From contig CADBVV010000003.1 of assembly GCA_902798205.1 (NCBI GenBank), positions 2,927 through 66,926 on the forward strand: DNA of 64,000 nt, written 5' to 3'. This DNA comes from an uncultured Pseudomonadota bacterium. GTDB taxonomy: Bacteria > Pseudomonadota > Alphaproteobacteria > Rs-D84. Within the stretch, counting starts at the first letter, position 1. Every line of letters starts with the position of its first letter. The notes beneath the pieces are model-generated. The model saw only the letters and a program-made list of their open reading frames with translations. It was not told where the DNA came from and made no database searches. Both the position numbers and the translations under genes were made by a program. This document shows positions 29,124-37,661 of the stretch, piece after piece.

Positions 29124-30725
29124 ATGTATATGAATAAATTTTTAGTTTTTTTGTCTGTTTTATTGTCTGGTTGTGGCGCAAATCAGATAATCAATCCTGT
29201 ACCTGTTGCGACTTCTAATCCAACAGATATTCAAAACGATTATCTTTATTCGTCCACATTATATACGTCTGACGATTCTGGCCCAAATGCAAACATTGCC
29301 GTGTTATTGCCAATGAATGGGCCGGCAAAATCTGTCGGAAACAACATAAAAACATCTATCGAGGCTGCCTTTATACGCAAACCAAAAGAAAATATACGTG
29401 TTTCTTTCTATGATATGTCTGGTGAAGCATCAAGACGCGATTTAGTGGTACGCGATATGCTTAACACAAACCCAGATATTATTATTGGGCCATTGTTTGC
29501 CGAAGATGCTAATTTCTTGCGCGATGCAAAACCTTCAAAAACACCTGTTATTTCATTTACATCTGATGTTGAAGCCTTGGGTGACAATGTTATAACTATG
29601 AATTTAATCCCAACCCAAAGCATCGAAACAATCATAAAACAAATCAAAGATGACGGTGCGCAAAACATGATTATATTATCGCCAGATGACAAATCTGGTA
29701 AATTAATGGCATCTGTTGCTGCAAAAATATCAGACGCATACGATATGCCAATAAATGGTTTGTTTTATTATAAATCTGGCAATTCGGATTCTATAAAAGA
29801 CGCATCAATCCGCGCATCAATGTATAACGCACGCAGCGCTGCAAATACACGCGCCCGCGAAGTATTATCAGATATCATAAACAAAGAATCATTAGACGCA
29901 TCAACACGTGGCAACCTTAAGAAACAGCTGGAAAAAATATCCAGAACAGAAACACTTGGAAAATTGCCTTATGATGCAATATTATTCTTGGGTTCTGGCG
30001 AAGACACCAAAACAATAGCGTCTTTCTTGCGTTATTATGGCGTTGGAACTCGTGATGCAGCATTTTATGGGACAATGCTTTGGAATAATTCAAATATCAC
30101 ATCAGATTTTACTTTAAGTGGTGCCAAATATGCGACTTTGCCACCAATATCTGATAACTTTGTATCACTTTACAATATGATTTCCGGCAAAGATCCTGAT
30201 TATTTGTCTGCTTTTGGTTATGATGCCGCAAATTTATCATTGGGCATGCTTTATACAGCAAAATCAAAAGATGCATATCTTTATGACCCAAGTGGCTATA
30301 TCGGCACAACAGGAATATTCCGTGTTCAACCATCTGGTGAATCAGAAAGAGCCCTGCGTATAATGGAATTAAACGGGACTGGCGAAGCATCTGTATTCAA
30401 AGAAGCCCCAACAAACTTTTTAACCCCATTATACAGCATAAACACTTCTAATTTAAAGCCTGTATCAGAAAAAGAATTAAAAACACGCGGTATAAACCCT
30501 GGGGATTATATAAAAATACCAGATTATCTGCGCCGCAAATCAGAATATAGAACAAAAACAATTGGTGCAAACTATGTATCTGACGAACCAGCAGAAACAA
30601 CAGATGCCCCGATACAGATTTATGCAAGCGACGAAAAAGAAACCGTTTCAAACGAAGAATATAAACCTGTAAAAATGGAAAAGGTTTCACGCAAATATAT
30701 AGATTCAGTAGAAGTAGCAGAATAA
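29124..30725 (+). CDS. LpoA-like penicillin-binding protein activator / periplasmic ligand-binding lipoprotein
   Basis: Lipoprotein signal LLSGC. Periplasmic-binding-protein type I-like body. The divergent arrangement with rsmI mirrors the rsmI-lpoA synteny. Confidence 0.5.
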   Translation: MYMNKFLVFLSVLLSGCGANQIINPVPVATSNPTDIQNDYLYSSTLYTSDDSGPNANIAVLLPMNGPAKSVGNNIKTSIEAAFIRKPKENIRVSFYDMSGEASRRDLVVRDMLNTNPDIIIGPLFAEDANFLRDAKPSKTPVISFTSDVEALGDNVITMNLIPTQSIETIIKQIKDDGAQNMIILSPDDKSGKLMASVAAKISDAYDMPINGLFYYKSGNSDSIKDASIRASMYNARSAANTRAREVLSDIINKESLDASTRGNLKKQLEKISRTETLGKLPYDAILFLGSGEDTKTIASFLRYYGVGTRDAAFYGTMLWNNSNITSDFTLSGAKYATLPPISDNFVSLYNMISGKDPDYLSAFGYDAANLSLGMLYTAKSKDAYLYDPSGYIGTTGIFRVQPSGESERALRIMELNGTGEASVFKEAPTNFLTPLYSINTSNLKPVSEKELKTRGINPGDYIKIPDYLRRKSEYRTKTIGANYVSDEPAETTDAPIQIYASDEKETVSNEEYKPVKMEKVSRKYIDSVEVAE

Positions 30726-30729
30726 ATAC

Positions 30730-30757
30730 TTGCGTTTATGAAAAAATAAGATATAAT
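30730..30757 (+). promoter_or_regulatory. sigma70-type promoter for the tRNA-Gly/tRNA-Tyr unit
   Basis: TTGCGT (30730-35), 16-nt spacer, TATAAT (30752-57). The tRNA-Gly 5' end lies 21 nt downstream of the -10. Confidence 0.55.
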
Positions 30758-30777
30758 CAAGGGGCTTGAAAATCGTT

Positions 30778-30852
30778 GCGAGCATAGTTCAAGGGCTAGA
30801 ATGCAAGCCTTCCAAGCTTGAAATGCGGGTTCGATTCCCGCTGCTCGCACCA
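30778..30852 (+). tRNA. tRNA-Gly (anticodon TCC)
   Basis: Folded by hand. Acceptor GCGAGCA/TGCTCGC, anticodon arm CAAGC-CTTCCAA-GCTTG, T-arm GCGGG-TTCGATT-CCCGC, encoded CCA. Confidence 0.9.
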
Positions 30853-30881
30853 AGAACGATAATAAAAGTTCTTGCGAGATT

Positions 30882-30968
30882 GGGCGTGCGCCGGAGTTGG
30901 AGAGCCGGGGCAGACTGTAAATCTGTTGTCTTACGACTGAGGTGGTTCGAATCCACCCACTCCCACCA
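30882..30968 (+). tRNA. tRNA-Tyr (anticodon GTA, long variable arm)
   Basis: Anticodon arm GCAGA-CTGTAAA-TCTGT, long variable arm, T-arm GGTGG-TTCGAAT-CCACC, encoded CCA. There is one C-T mismatch in the acceptor stem. Confidence 0.85.
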
Positions 30969-30976
30969 AAAAATAT

Positions 30977-31006
30977 AACCACCCTTGCGGTGGTTTTATT
31001 TTTTTG
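30977..31006 (+). terminator. intrinsic terminator after tRNA-Tyr
   Basis: AACCACC-CTTGC-GGTGGTT followed by TTTATTTTTTT. Confidence 0.75.
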
Positions 31007-31050
31007 TCGGGTTTGGTTTATGGTATTAGGCCATACAAACGAAGTTTGTT

Positions 31051-31145
31051 TGGTTCGACTATGAGTAAGCGAAAACAAGTGTCAACGAAGTTTGAGCGCT
31101 AACGAATGCGGCGCAGGCATTTATGCCGAGCCAATCCACCCACTC
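31051..31145 (+). repeat. split pseudo-copy of the tRNA-Tyr T-arm and 3' acceptor strand with a 74-nt GC-rich insert in the T-loop position
   Basis: TGGTTCGA (31051-58) plus ATCCACCCACTC (31134-45) together equal 20 consecutive nt of tRNA-Tyr (30943-30962). The insert 31059-31132 contains hairpins (TCAA..TTGA, GGCA-TTTA-TGCC). Confidence 0.6.
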
Positions 31146-31183
31146 TAAATATTCATCAAATAAAACTCAACATCAAAAGATAC

Positions 31184-31212
31184 ACCGCACTGTAAAAGTG
31201 CGGTTTTCTTTT
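31184..31212 (+). terminator. intrinsic terminator closing the tRNA-Tyr-linked unit
   Basis: ACCGCAC-TGTAAAA-GTGCGGT followed by TTTTCTTTT. Confidence 0.7.
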
Positions 31213-31332
31213 AGATTTCCAATACTTTTAAAGGTTCGAAGAAAGTATATCTAAAAAACACCAATTTTTATCAATCTTCGAACAGCCAAGATTTTCAAGG
31301 GTTTGCTCCGTTCGAACCCACCGAGGCAGTTT

Positions 31333-31656
31333 TTATAATTTTTTGCAATCTAATTCTATAATTTGAATTGGGTTATACCCAATTTGAGATACAAAATCTG
31401 GATGAATTGCATTAACCATATCTGCAGAGTCATATTCTGCTTTAATAAAGTTTTTTAAATCTGATTTTTTAACTATTTCGTGCCTGTCCGTTATTTGTTC
31501 TTTTACATCTGTTATTTTAAACATTGGTGAACATTGCCCATCACATAACTTTGTTTCTGTAAAAGTATGATTTTTTGTTATGATATGACAATCATATTCT
31601 TCAGAAGAACATGCAATTAATGTTAATAATGGAACAAAAATAAGCAATTTTTTCAT
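31333..31656 (-). CDS. small lipoprotein (107 aa), unknown function
   Basis: Signal peptide with lipobox LIAC. Contains 5 further Cys residues. Confidence 0.5.
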   Translation of the reverse strand: MKKLLIFVPLLTLIACSSEEYDCHIITKNHTFTETKLCDGQCSPMFKITDVKEQITDRHEIVKKSDLKNFIKAEYDSADMVNAIHPDFVSQIGYNPIQIIELDCKKL

Positions 31657-31870
31657 GTTTAATCCTTTATCTATGATGATTAATTATATTCAAAGATGTG
31701 TTTTAATTCAACCATTTCTCTTTAAACTCTTTTACCCGTTGCATTAAATCAATAAATTCTTGTTTGTTTTCTGCTCGATTAGTGCAAGCTGTCTCCCACC
31801 AAAAACACAAATTAAAAATCTTCATTTTCCTATTACTATATTGTATGATACACATGTAAAAGGACAAGAT

Positions 31871-32488
31871 ATGTTAAATAAAATATTAATAATTACAATT
31901 GCATTGGGATGTATGGCTGGTGCATATATTGCCGGTCTTTATTCAAACCATACAAAAGGAAACCAAAACATGAATTACATTTTTGTTGCCGATAAAAAAG
32001 AAGCGAACAATATTAAAATTCCAAACGAATTAAAGGATAATGTAAAAGTTATTGTATTAGACCAATGGGGTGAAACTGCAGCAATCAAAACGTTATCCAA
32101 AAAATTATTAAACGGCGAATTTAAAAAAGGCGACAGATTTTTCAATATTGGATATGTTGGATCAAATGAATTTCCAATTGGTACGGTTGTTGTTGTTGGA
32201 ACTGTATCCAGGGAAACCCCATCACACACCGTCAAAGAACCAACATTTACATTAGATAAGGAATCTAAAGTTAAATGTTATTCATCACTTGATTTCGTAG
32301 AATCAACAAAACACACCGGCGTGTTTGATATGGAACTTTATACATTTGCAACATTTTTCCCGAATATTAAATCGGTAAAAATAGTTTCAGATAATCTAAA
32401 TTTCCATGAATTTGAACAGGTCACAATAGATAATGCCTGGATTGAAGCAAACAAAATATTGTTTGATATGATTTCAAACTATAAATAA
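31871..32488 (+). CDS. membrane-anchored nucleosidase/phosphorylase-superfamily (PNP_UDP_1, MTAN-like) protein
   Basis: Start moved to the ATG at 31871 (AAGGA RBS). N-terminal hydrophobic helix. NIGYVGSNEFPIGTVVVVGT and VFDMELYTFATF..VKIVSDN align by eye with MTAN INTGSAGG..VGDIVV and VEMEATAIA..RAISD. Confidence 0.45.
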   Translation: MLNKILIITIALGCMAGAYIAGLYSNHTKGNQNMNYIFVADKKEANNIKIPNELKDNVKVIVLDQWGETAAIKTLSKKLLNGEFKKGDRFFNIGYVGSNEFPIGTVVVVGTVSRETPSHTVKEPTFTLDKESKVKCYSSLDFVESTKHTGVFDMELYTFATFFPNIKSVKIVSDNLNFHEFEQVTIDNAWIEANKILFDMISNYK

Positions 32489-32489
32489 A

Positions 32490-32520
32490 AAAACACCGGC
32501 ATTTGCCGGTATTTTTTTTA
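32490..32520. terminator. bidirectional intrinsic terminator (ACCGGCATTTGCCGGT)
   Basis: Hairpin 32495-32510 flanked by A7/T8 between convergent ORFs. Confidence 0.8.
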
Positions 32521-32799
32521 TTTTATTGGTGGAAAACAATTATCGCCGCCATCTGGACAACACACCATCCAACCATCACCAGCATCTGTATAAACTTCGC
32601 CGACACAGCAACCGTTTTTATCAGGACGCGCACCATCCGAACATGTTGCAAAGAAACCGTTCCAATTAACGATTGTATAATGTGTTGTATAGCCAATTAT
32701 TCCACCCAAAACAAACGCCAAAATTATCCATAACCATTTGTTACATTTTAGTGTTGTTTTCACAGATTTTTTAACAACTTTCTTTTTCATATCCATCAC
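32518..32799 (-). CDS. small membrane protein with Cys-rich extracytoplasmic tail (93 aa)
   Basis: Basic N-terminus, one TM helix, then C-x10-CC-x14-CC-x6-C. Last gene of the lolCD-containing gene string. Confidence 0.45.
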   Translation of the reverse strand: MMDMKKKVVKKSVKTTLKCNKWLWIILAFVLGGIIGYTTHYTIVNWNGFFATCSDGARPDKNGCCVGEVYTDAGDGWMVCCPDGGDNCFPPIK

Positions 32800-32800
32800 C

Positions 32801-33451
32801 CTAGTCTTCTTCGATTATTTTTTCCAATTGAATTATAAAATCTATCGCAGGGTTAGTCAATTTTTTCGCTTTTTCAATCATACGTTCTGCCTCTTGCTGC
32901 ATTTGAAGACGTTTATATGTTTCAACGATTTCTGTTGCTTGACTAGTATTTCTTAAATTATCATCATTTATAGCGCGCGCAATTTCTAATTCTTTTTTTG
33001 CCAAATCTTTATATTGTTCAGAATGTTCCGGGCATCCACGTTCAGATAAATTTGCATAAATTTTTGCGTTATCAACGTGTGCTTCTGAATCAGGGCTGTC
33101 AATAGAATACAATTCTTCCAATAATATTCTTTCTATCTGACCACAAGTTGTTTCTGGCATTTTGTTTTCTTCTGCCCGTGCTGTTGGTTTTGGTTCATCA
33201 AAATTTCTGTCCAGACAATTTTCAGAATAAATTTTATTCAATTGCCCTATTTCTGCATAACGGTTGTTATAAATTGCATCTGACATTTTATCTGATAATC
33301 TTTCGCATTGTGCCTTTGTCATTATTGAATGATTTATTCTACCGGAACCATTAACTATAAACCCAACTAATGCACCCATTAAAAATACTGCAACCAAGCC
33401 TATTATTCCATAAAGGCGATAATGTTTATATTCTGCATGTGTCATTTTCAT
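32801..33451 (-). CDS. single-pass membrane protein (216 aa), unknown function
   Basis: TM helix near the N-terminus followed by a helical, charged domain. Starts 2 nt upstream of the next ORF. Confidence 0.5.
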   Translation of the reverse strand: MKMTHAEYKHYRLYGIIGLVAVFLMGALVGFIVNGSGRINHSIMTKAQCERLSDKMSDAIYNNRYAEIGQLNKIYSENCLDRNFDEPKPTARAEENKMPETTCGQIERILLEELYSIDSPDSEAHVDNAKIYANLSERGCPEHSEQYKDLAKKELEIARAINDDNLRNTSQATEIVETYKRLQMQQEAERMIEKAKKLTNPAIDFIIQLEKIIEED

Positions 33452-33478
33452 TTTTTCTCTCCTCTGTTTTTTATTTTT

Positions 33479-34189
33479 TTATTTCACGATGCCATCTTTG
33501 ATGGTGATTATTCTGTCTGCACGTTTTGCCAAATTCATATCATGCGTCACAAATAACATAGACATTTTTGATTTACGAACCAAATCTAGTAATAAATCAA
33601 AAACAACATTTGCATGATTTGGATCTAAAGATCCGGTTGGTTCGTCTGCCAATAAAATTTCTGGACCATTTGCAATTGCGCGTGCAATCGCAACACGTTG
33701 TTGTTCACCGCCAGACATTTCGGTTGGAAAATGTGTGGCACGATGTGCAACATTTGCCAATTTTAATAATTTCATTGCACGTGCACGTGCAACATTTTCC
33801 GCCACACCATTTGCCATCATTGGCATAACTACATTTTCCAGTGCGGTAAAATCTGATAATAAATTATGTTTTTGATAAACGAATCCTATTTTTTGACGAC
33901 GCAACATTGTACGTGTTTCTTCATCAATTTTATCAATTGGATGACCATTTATAAATATATCGCCACCAGTTGGTTTATCCAACAAACCAACACATTGTAA
34001 TAATGTAGATTTACCAGAACCGCTTTGTCCAACCAGCGCAACGATTTCGCCACGATACAAATCAAAACCGCCACCACGCAAAATATTCAAAGGTTGACCC
34101 GCTTCGACAAAAGTTTTTTTAATGTCACGCACAGACATCACAATGTCTTTCTTTGTTATTTTAGATAAAGAATTTAATATGCTTGCCAT
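33479..34189 (-). CDS. lolD: lipoprotein-releasing ABC transporter ATP-binding protein LolD
   Basis: GQSGSGKSTLL Walker A, MSGGEQQRVAIARA signature and LLADEPTGSLD Walker B. Adjacent to lolC/E. Confidence 0.85.
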   Translation of the reverse strand: MASILNSLSKITKKDIVMSVRDIKKTFVEAGQPLNILRGGGFDLYRGEIVALVGQSGSGKSTLLQCVGLLDKPTGGDIFINGHPIDKIDEETRTMLRRQKIGFVYQKHNLLSDFTALENVVMPMMANGVAENVARARAMKLLKLANVAHRATHFPTEMSGGEQQRVAIARAIANGPEILLADEPTGSLDPNHANVVFDLLLDLVRKSKMSMLFVTHDMNLAKRADRIITIKDGIVK

Positions 34190-34197
34190 TTTTTCAC

Positions 34198-35454
34198 CTA
34201 TTCGTTACGCAGTGTTTCAACCGGATCTGTATTTGCCGCACGCCATGCCGGATACAACGTTGCCAAGAAAGCCAATGCTATTGCAATTATTGCAATACTT
34301 GCAACCGTTGATGGCACTAATTTTGATGGCAATTCAGACAATGAATATAATTGTGCTGGAAACAAATCACGCCCGGTAATAAATTGAAAGAATTTTCTTA
34401 TTGGTTCAATATATATTGCCATTAACACACCAAAGAAAGTTCCAAACGCCGCACCAATAATACCAATGGTTGTCCCAGACAATATGAATATTTTCATCAT
34501 GGATTTGCGCGACACACCAAATGTTCGCAAAACTGCGATATCTTTGTTTTTATCTTTGACCAACATAACCAATGAAGAAATTATGTTAAATGCAGCAACG
34601 ATAACTATCAACAACAAAATCAAAAACATAACACTGGATTCAACCTGAAGCGCACCAACAAAACCACGATTTAAATCGCGCCAATCACGAATAACAAAAC
34701 CATCTGGCAATAATGCATCCAAAGCCTTTACAACGGTTTCGCTTTGTTCTGCATCTGTTAAGAATAAATCAATGTGCGTCACAGAATTTTCAATATTTAA
34801 ATATTTTTGTGCTGTTGATAATGGCATAAATATATAACCACTGTCATATTCATACATTCCCACAAAGAACGAAGAAACAACCGGATACGCCATAATACGT
34901 GGCATTGTTCCAAACGGGGTTGCCGTTCCACCGTTTGCAGAAATCAATGATACTTTATCCCCGGCGGTTACATGTAATGCGCGTGATAAAGATGAACCTA
35001 TGATTAATTCGCCATCTTTTACATTATCCAAACTTTTGCCATATATACGTGTACCGGTTGCTGTTTTTGAAATTAAATCTGGCATACGAATACCACGAAC
35101 AATTGCCCCAGAATTATTACCATTTGCGGACGCCATTATTTGTCCTTCGGCAATTGGAACAATGGAAGTTGCATATTTTGCAACAACTTTGTTTTGACGC
35201 ATTTTATCAATCAAAAAATCATAATCTGAAATTGTTCCGTTTTGATGATAAACAACAACGTGTCCATTCATACCAATTATACGTGAAAGCAACGTATCAT
35301 GAAAACCGCCCATAACAGACATCACAACAATCAAAGTTGCAACACCCAAAGTAATTCCAATCAAAGATACCCATGAAACGACCGAACCAAATCCGCGTTT
35401 TTTTGCACGCAAATATCTGAATGCTATCTTTTTTTCTAATGCGCTAAATAACAT
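34198..35454 (-). CDS. lolC: lipoprotein-releasing system permease LolC/LolE
   Basis: N-terminal IAFRYLRAKKR..F.S.VSWVSLIGITLGVATLIVVMSVMGGF and a C-terminal FtsX-like domain. Confidence 0.85.
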   Translation of the reverse strand: MLFSALEKKIAFRYLRAKKRGFGSVVSWVSLIGITLGVATLIVVMSVMGGFHDTLLSRIIGMNGHVVVYHQNGTISDYDFLIDKMRQNKVVAKYATSIVPIAEGQIMASANGNNSGAIVRGIRMPDLISKTATGTRIYGKSLDNVKDGELIIGSSLSRALHVTAGDKVSLISANGGTATPFGTMPRIMAYPVVSSFFVGMYEYDSGYIFMPLSTAQKYLNIENSVTHIDLFLTDAEQSETVVKALDALLPDGFVIRDWRDLNRGFVGALQVESSVMFLILLLIVIVAAFNIISSLVMLVKDKNKDIAVLRTFGVSRKSMMKIFILSGTTIGIIGAAFGTFFGVLMAIYIEPIRKFFQFITGRDLFPAQLYSLSELPSKLVPSTVASIAIIAIALAFLATLYPAWRAANTDPVETLRNE

Positions 35455-35465
35455 AGCCTACCCCA

Positions 35466-36794
35466 TTATTTATTCAAAAAATCACGCAATTCATCACCAC
35501 TTAAAGTTTTACTGGTATTATCAGCATCAACAATAGATATTAAACGTGGCGACATAAATACAACCAATTCTGCAAATGGTGAAATCAATGTTTCAGGTGT
35601 TGTGACAAACGAATGTGTTGGGATACCAACAATCACATAATTATCCCCAACATTAGATGGTATCTTGAACGAAGACAATTCACCGTTTGTTGTTGATAAC
35701 ACAATCTTTGCATCTATCTTTTTATAACCACCGTAATTGCCATATGTCCCTGTTGCACCAATTATCAAATCTGTTTCAAGTCTGTCTTCTTTACCACATT
35801 GACCAATATCAAATCTTGATTGCCAACCATTTGGTATTGCAAATGTTCCCTGGGATACCAAAACCATATTTGCTTGTTGTGATATAAATTCTTGCAATGT
35901 CTTTGTGTTAATTTCAGGACTTACCACCAAAGCACGTCCAACAACACCCGGTATCGACATACGGATATTATTTTCACCAAATGCCGGCAACATATTCATC
36001 CAAATAATTGGATTATCTGTTTTTGGATATACACGATAAACATCTATATCCCATGCCAAAACATATTTTTTAGAACCAACATCGGATATTATCTTTGAAA
36101 CTTCGCGTTCGGTTTGATAATTGCCTTCGAATACAACTGTTTTATCTTGCCAGTTCACCAATAAATTACGTACATCTGCACCACGCATAGCATCCAAAAT
36201 GGCCATTATCATGGTTTCGTCTTTTGGCATTTTTATCATCCATTTACCGTTACCAGTCAAATGAATTTCGCCAAATTCTGCATCATACGAATAATAAACG
36301 CGTCCCAATTTTGACATTAATTCAACAGCATCTGTCAAGGAACTGGTTGAAATTGTTCCAGATATTTTTTCAAATGTTGCCTGATCTTCTATAACAGTAA
36401 TATCAGTATCTGCCAATAATTTTTCCAGTGCATCTTTTACGTACACCTTTTTAAAATCATAATCAGAAACTTTCAAATCTGGCAACGCGTCACCGGTATT
36501 AATGCGGACTATTTCTATCTTTTCTTCTGGAACAACTGTCACAACACTTTGATTATCCCAATTCACCGTACATCTTTTTGGCAAATCAAGGGCAAATCTT
36601 TGCGCAGTGTCTGTAGTAAGAGCAGCTTTCTTTGGGAAAATAGGCACAGAATTTTCATCAATAACAATATTTTCAACAACATTTACCGTATCATAAAGCG
36701 GTACAGATTGTTGACGATTGGCGCACCCTGAAATCATCACTGCGCACATTATTCCGCATAAAACGATAGTCTTTTTAATATTGTTTTGTGCCAT
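35466..36794 (-). CDS. secretin-like outer-membrane lipoprotein (PilN-type type IVb pilus secretin candidate)
   Basis: Lipobox ISGC. The C-terminal ~170 aa resemble a secretin domain (..VLVSQGTFAIPNGWQSRFDIG.., NYVIVGIP....ISPFAELVVFMSPRLI). Ends 11 nt before lolC. Confidence 0.45.
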   Translation of the reverse strand: MAQNNIKKTIVLCGIMCAVMISGCANRQQSVPLYDTVNVVENIVIDENSVPIFPKKAALTTDTAQRFALDLPKRCTVNWDNQSVVTVVPEEKIEIVRINTGDALPDLKVSDYDFKKVYVKDALEKLLADTDITVIEDQATFEKISGTISTSSLTDAVELMSKLGRVYYSYDAEFGEIHLTGNGKWMIKMPKDETMIMAILDAMRGADVRNLLVNWQDKTVVFEGNYQTEREVSKIISDVGSKKYVLAWDIDVYRVYPKTDNPIIWMNMLPAFGENNIRMSIPGVVGRALVVSPEINTKTLQEFISQQANMVLVSQGTFAIPNGWQSRFDIGQCGKEDRLETDLIIGATGTYGNYGGYKKIDAKIVLSTTNGELSSFKIPSNVGDNYVIVGIPTHSFVTTPETLISPFAELVVFMSPRLISIVDADNTSKTLSGDELRDFLNK

Positions 36795-36828
36795 TTTTCT
36801 TCCTTTTTTATCTTTTATATTACAGATA

Positions 36829-37155
36829 TTAATCTATATTCATAATTTTTTCAAACTCTTCCAACGTCATTTCAAAAATAGGTTTTTGATTTGGCGTCAC
36901 CAAACTTTTTACGTTTTCGAATTGTTTTTCAAACAAATTCATCGCATCTGCAACATTTGCATCAATTTGGATACCAGCCTTTTTAAGTCTGTTTCCATAT
37001 TCAACAATGTATTCCAAAACGTCTGCCGCAAAAAAGCGCCCGACATAATTTTCCAGCGCAATTCCGCCCTTTTCCACGCAAATAGCAGACAAAATCCGCG
37101 ACATTTCGTTATAAAAATTAGCCAATTTTATATAATTTTGAACACTTATTGCCAT
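36829..37155 (-). CDS. hypothetical protein (108 aa)
   Basis: Protein-like composition. First gene of the same-strand string leading into the secretin-like gene. Confidence 0.45.
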   Translation of the reverse strand: MAISVQNYIKLANFYNEMSRILSAICVEKGGIALENYVGRFFAADVLEYIVEYGNRLKKAGIQIDANVADAMNLFEKQFENVKSLVTPNQKPIFEMTLEEFEKIMNID

Positions 37156-37230
37156 CGCCTTTCCCCTGGTTTGTTTTTTACATTATAAAAACTATTGCCA
37201 CACAAACGCAATTAAATTATAATGTAAATT

Positions 37231-37611
37231 ATGAAAACAAGATATTTATTTTTATTACTTGGTTTGGCGGCCTGTGCATCTGCCAATCGTGGATCAATTG
37301 ATGATGCGACAATATTGAATTGGGAAAACGATGCTGTGACCACAGAACAATTCGTTCGCGACCATAAATCTTGTCTGGGAATAAAAGATAATAATTATGC
37401 TCCACGTTCCAGAATTTCCAAACTGTTATCCCCAAACCAAAGCGCACAAATGCCAGATTGGGATGGCCTTTGGGTGACATTTCAATCTAATGAATATAAA
37501 GATGTTGGTCAACGCGCCCTGCTTTCTGTGCCACCAAACAAAGCGTCCAAAACCGTTGGATATTACCGTAAGTGTATGTTAAGACGTGGTTATTTGCTTC
37601 GTGCAAAATAA
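37231..37611 (+). CDS. small lipoprotein (126 aa)
   Basis: Signal peptide with lipobox LAAC. Confidence 0.5.
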   Translation: MKTRYLFLLLGLAACASANRGSIDDATILNWENDAVTTEQFVRDHKSCLGIKDNNYAPRSRISKLLSPNQSAQMPDWDGLWVTFQSNEYKDVGQRALLSVPPNKASKTVGYYRKCMLRRGYLLRAK

Positions 37612-37661
37612 AATACTTGTTTGTTGGTTATTTTCCAAAAATATGATATAATATTATCGTT

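Noticed and set aside
30620-31078. 152-aa minus-strand ORF and 70-aa plus-strand ORF (30766-30978) spanning the tRNA-Gly/tRNA-Tyr genes
   Set aside because: Both overlap two well-folding tRNA genes and a terminator. GC-rich tRNA DNA simply lacks stop codons.
31000-31150. Possible two-piece (permuted) alphaproteobacterial tmRNA, because of the T-arm-like ends
   Set aside because: No 5' acceptor partner, no tag reading frame ending in a hydrophobic ..AA C-terminus in any frame, and no CCA at the Tyr-linked copy. The architecture also occurs twice with different tRNA identities.
36718-37188. 156-aa plus-strand ORF overlapping the 108-aa minus-strand ORF
   Set aside because: The translation is F/I/L/N-rich and looks like an antisense artefact. 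The minus-strand ORF has normal composition and fits the co-directional gene string.
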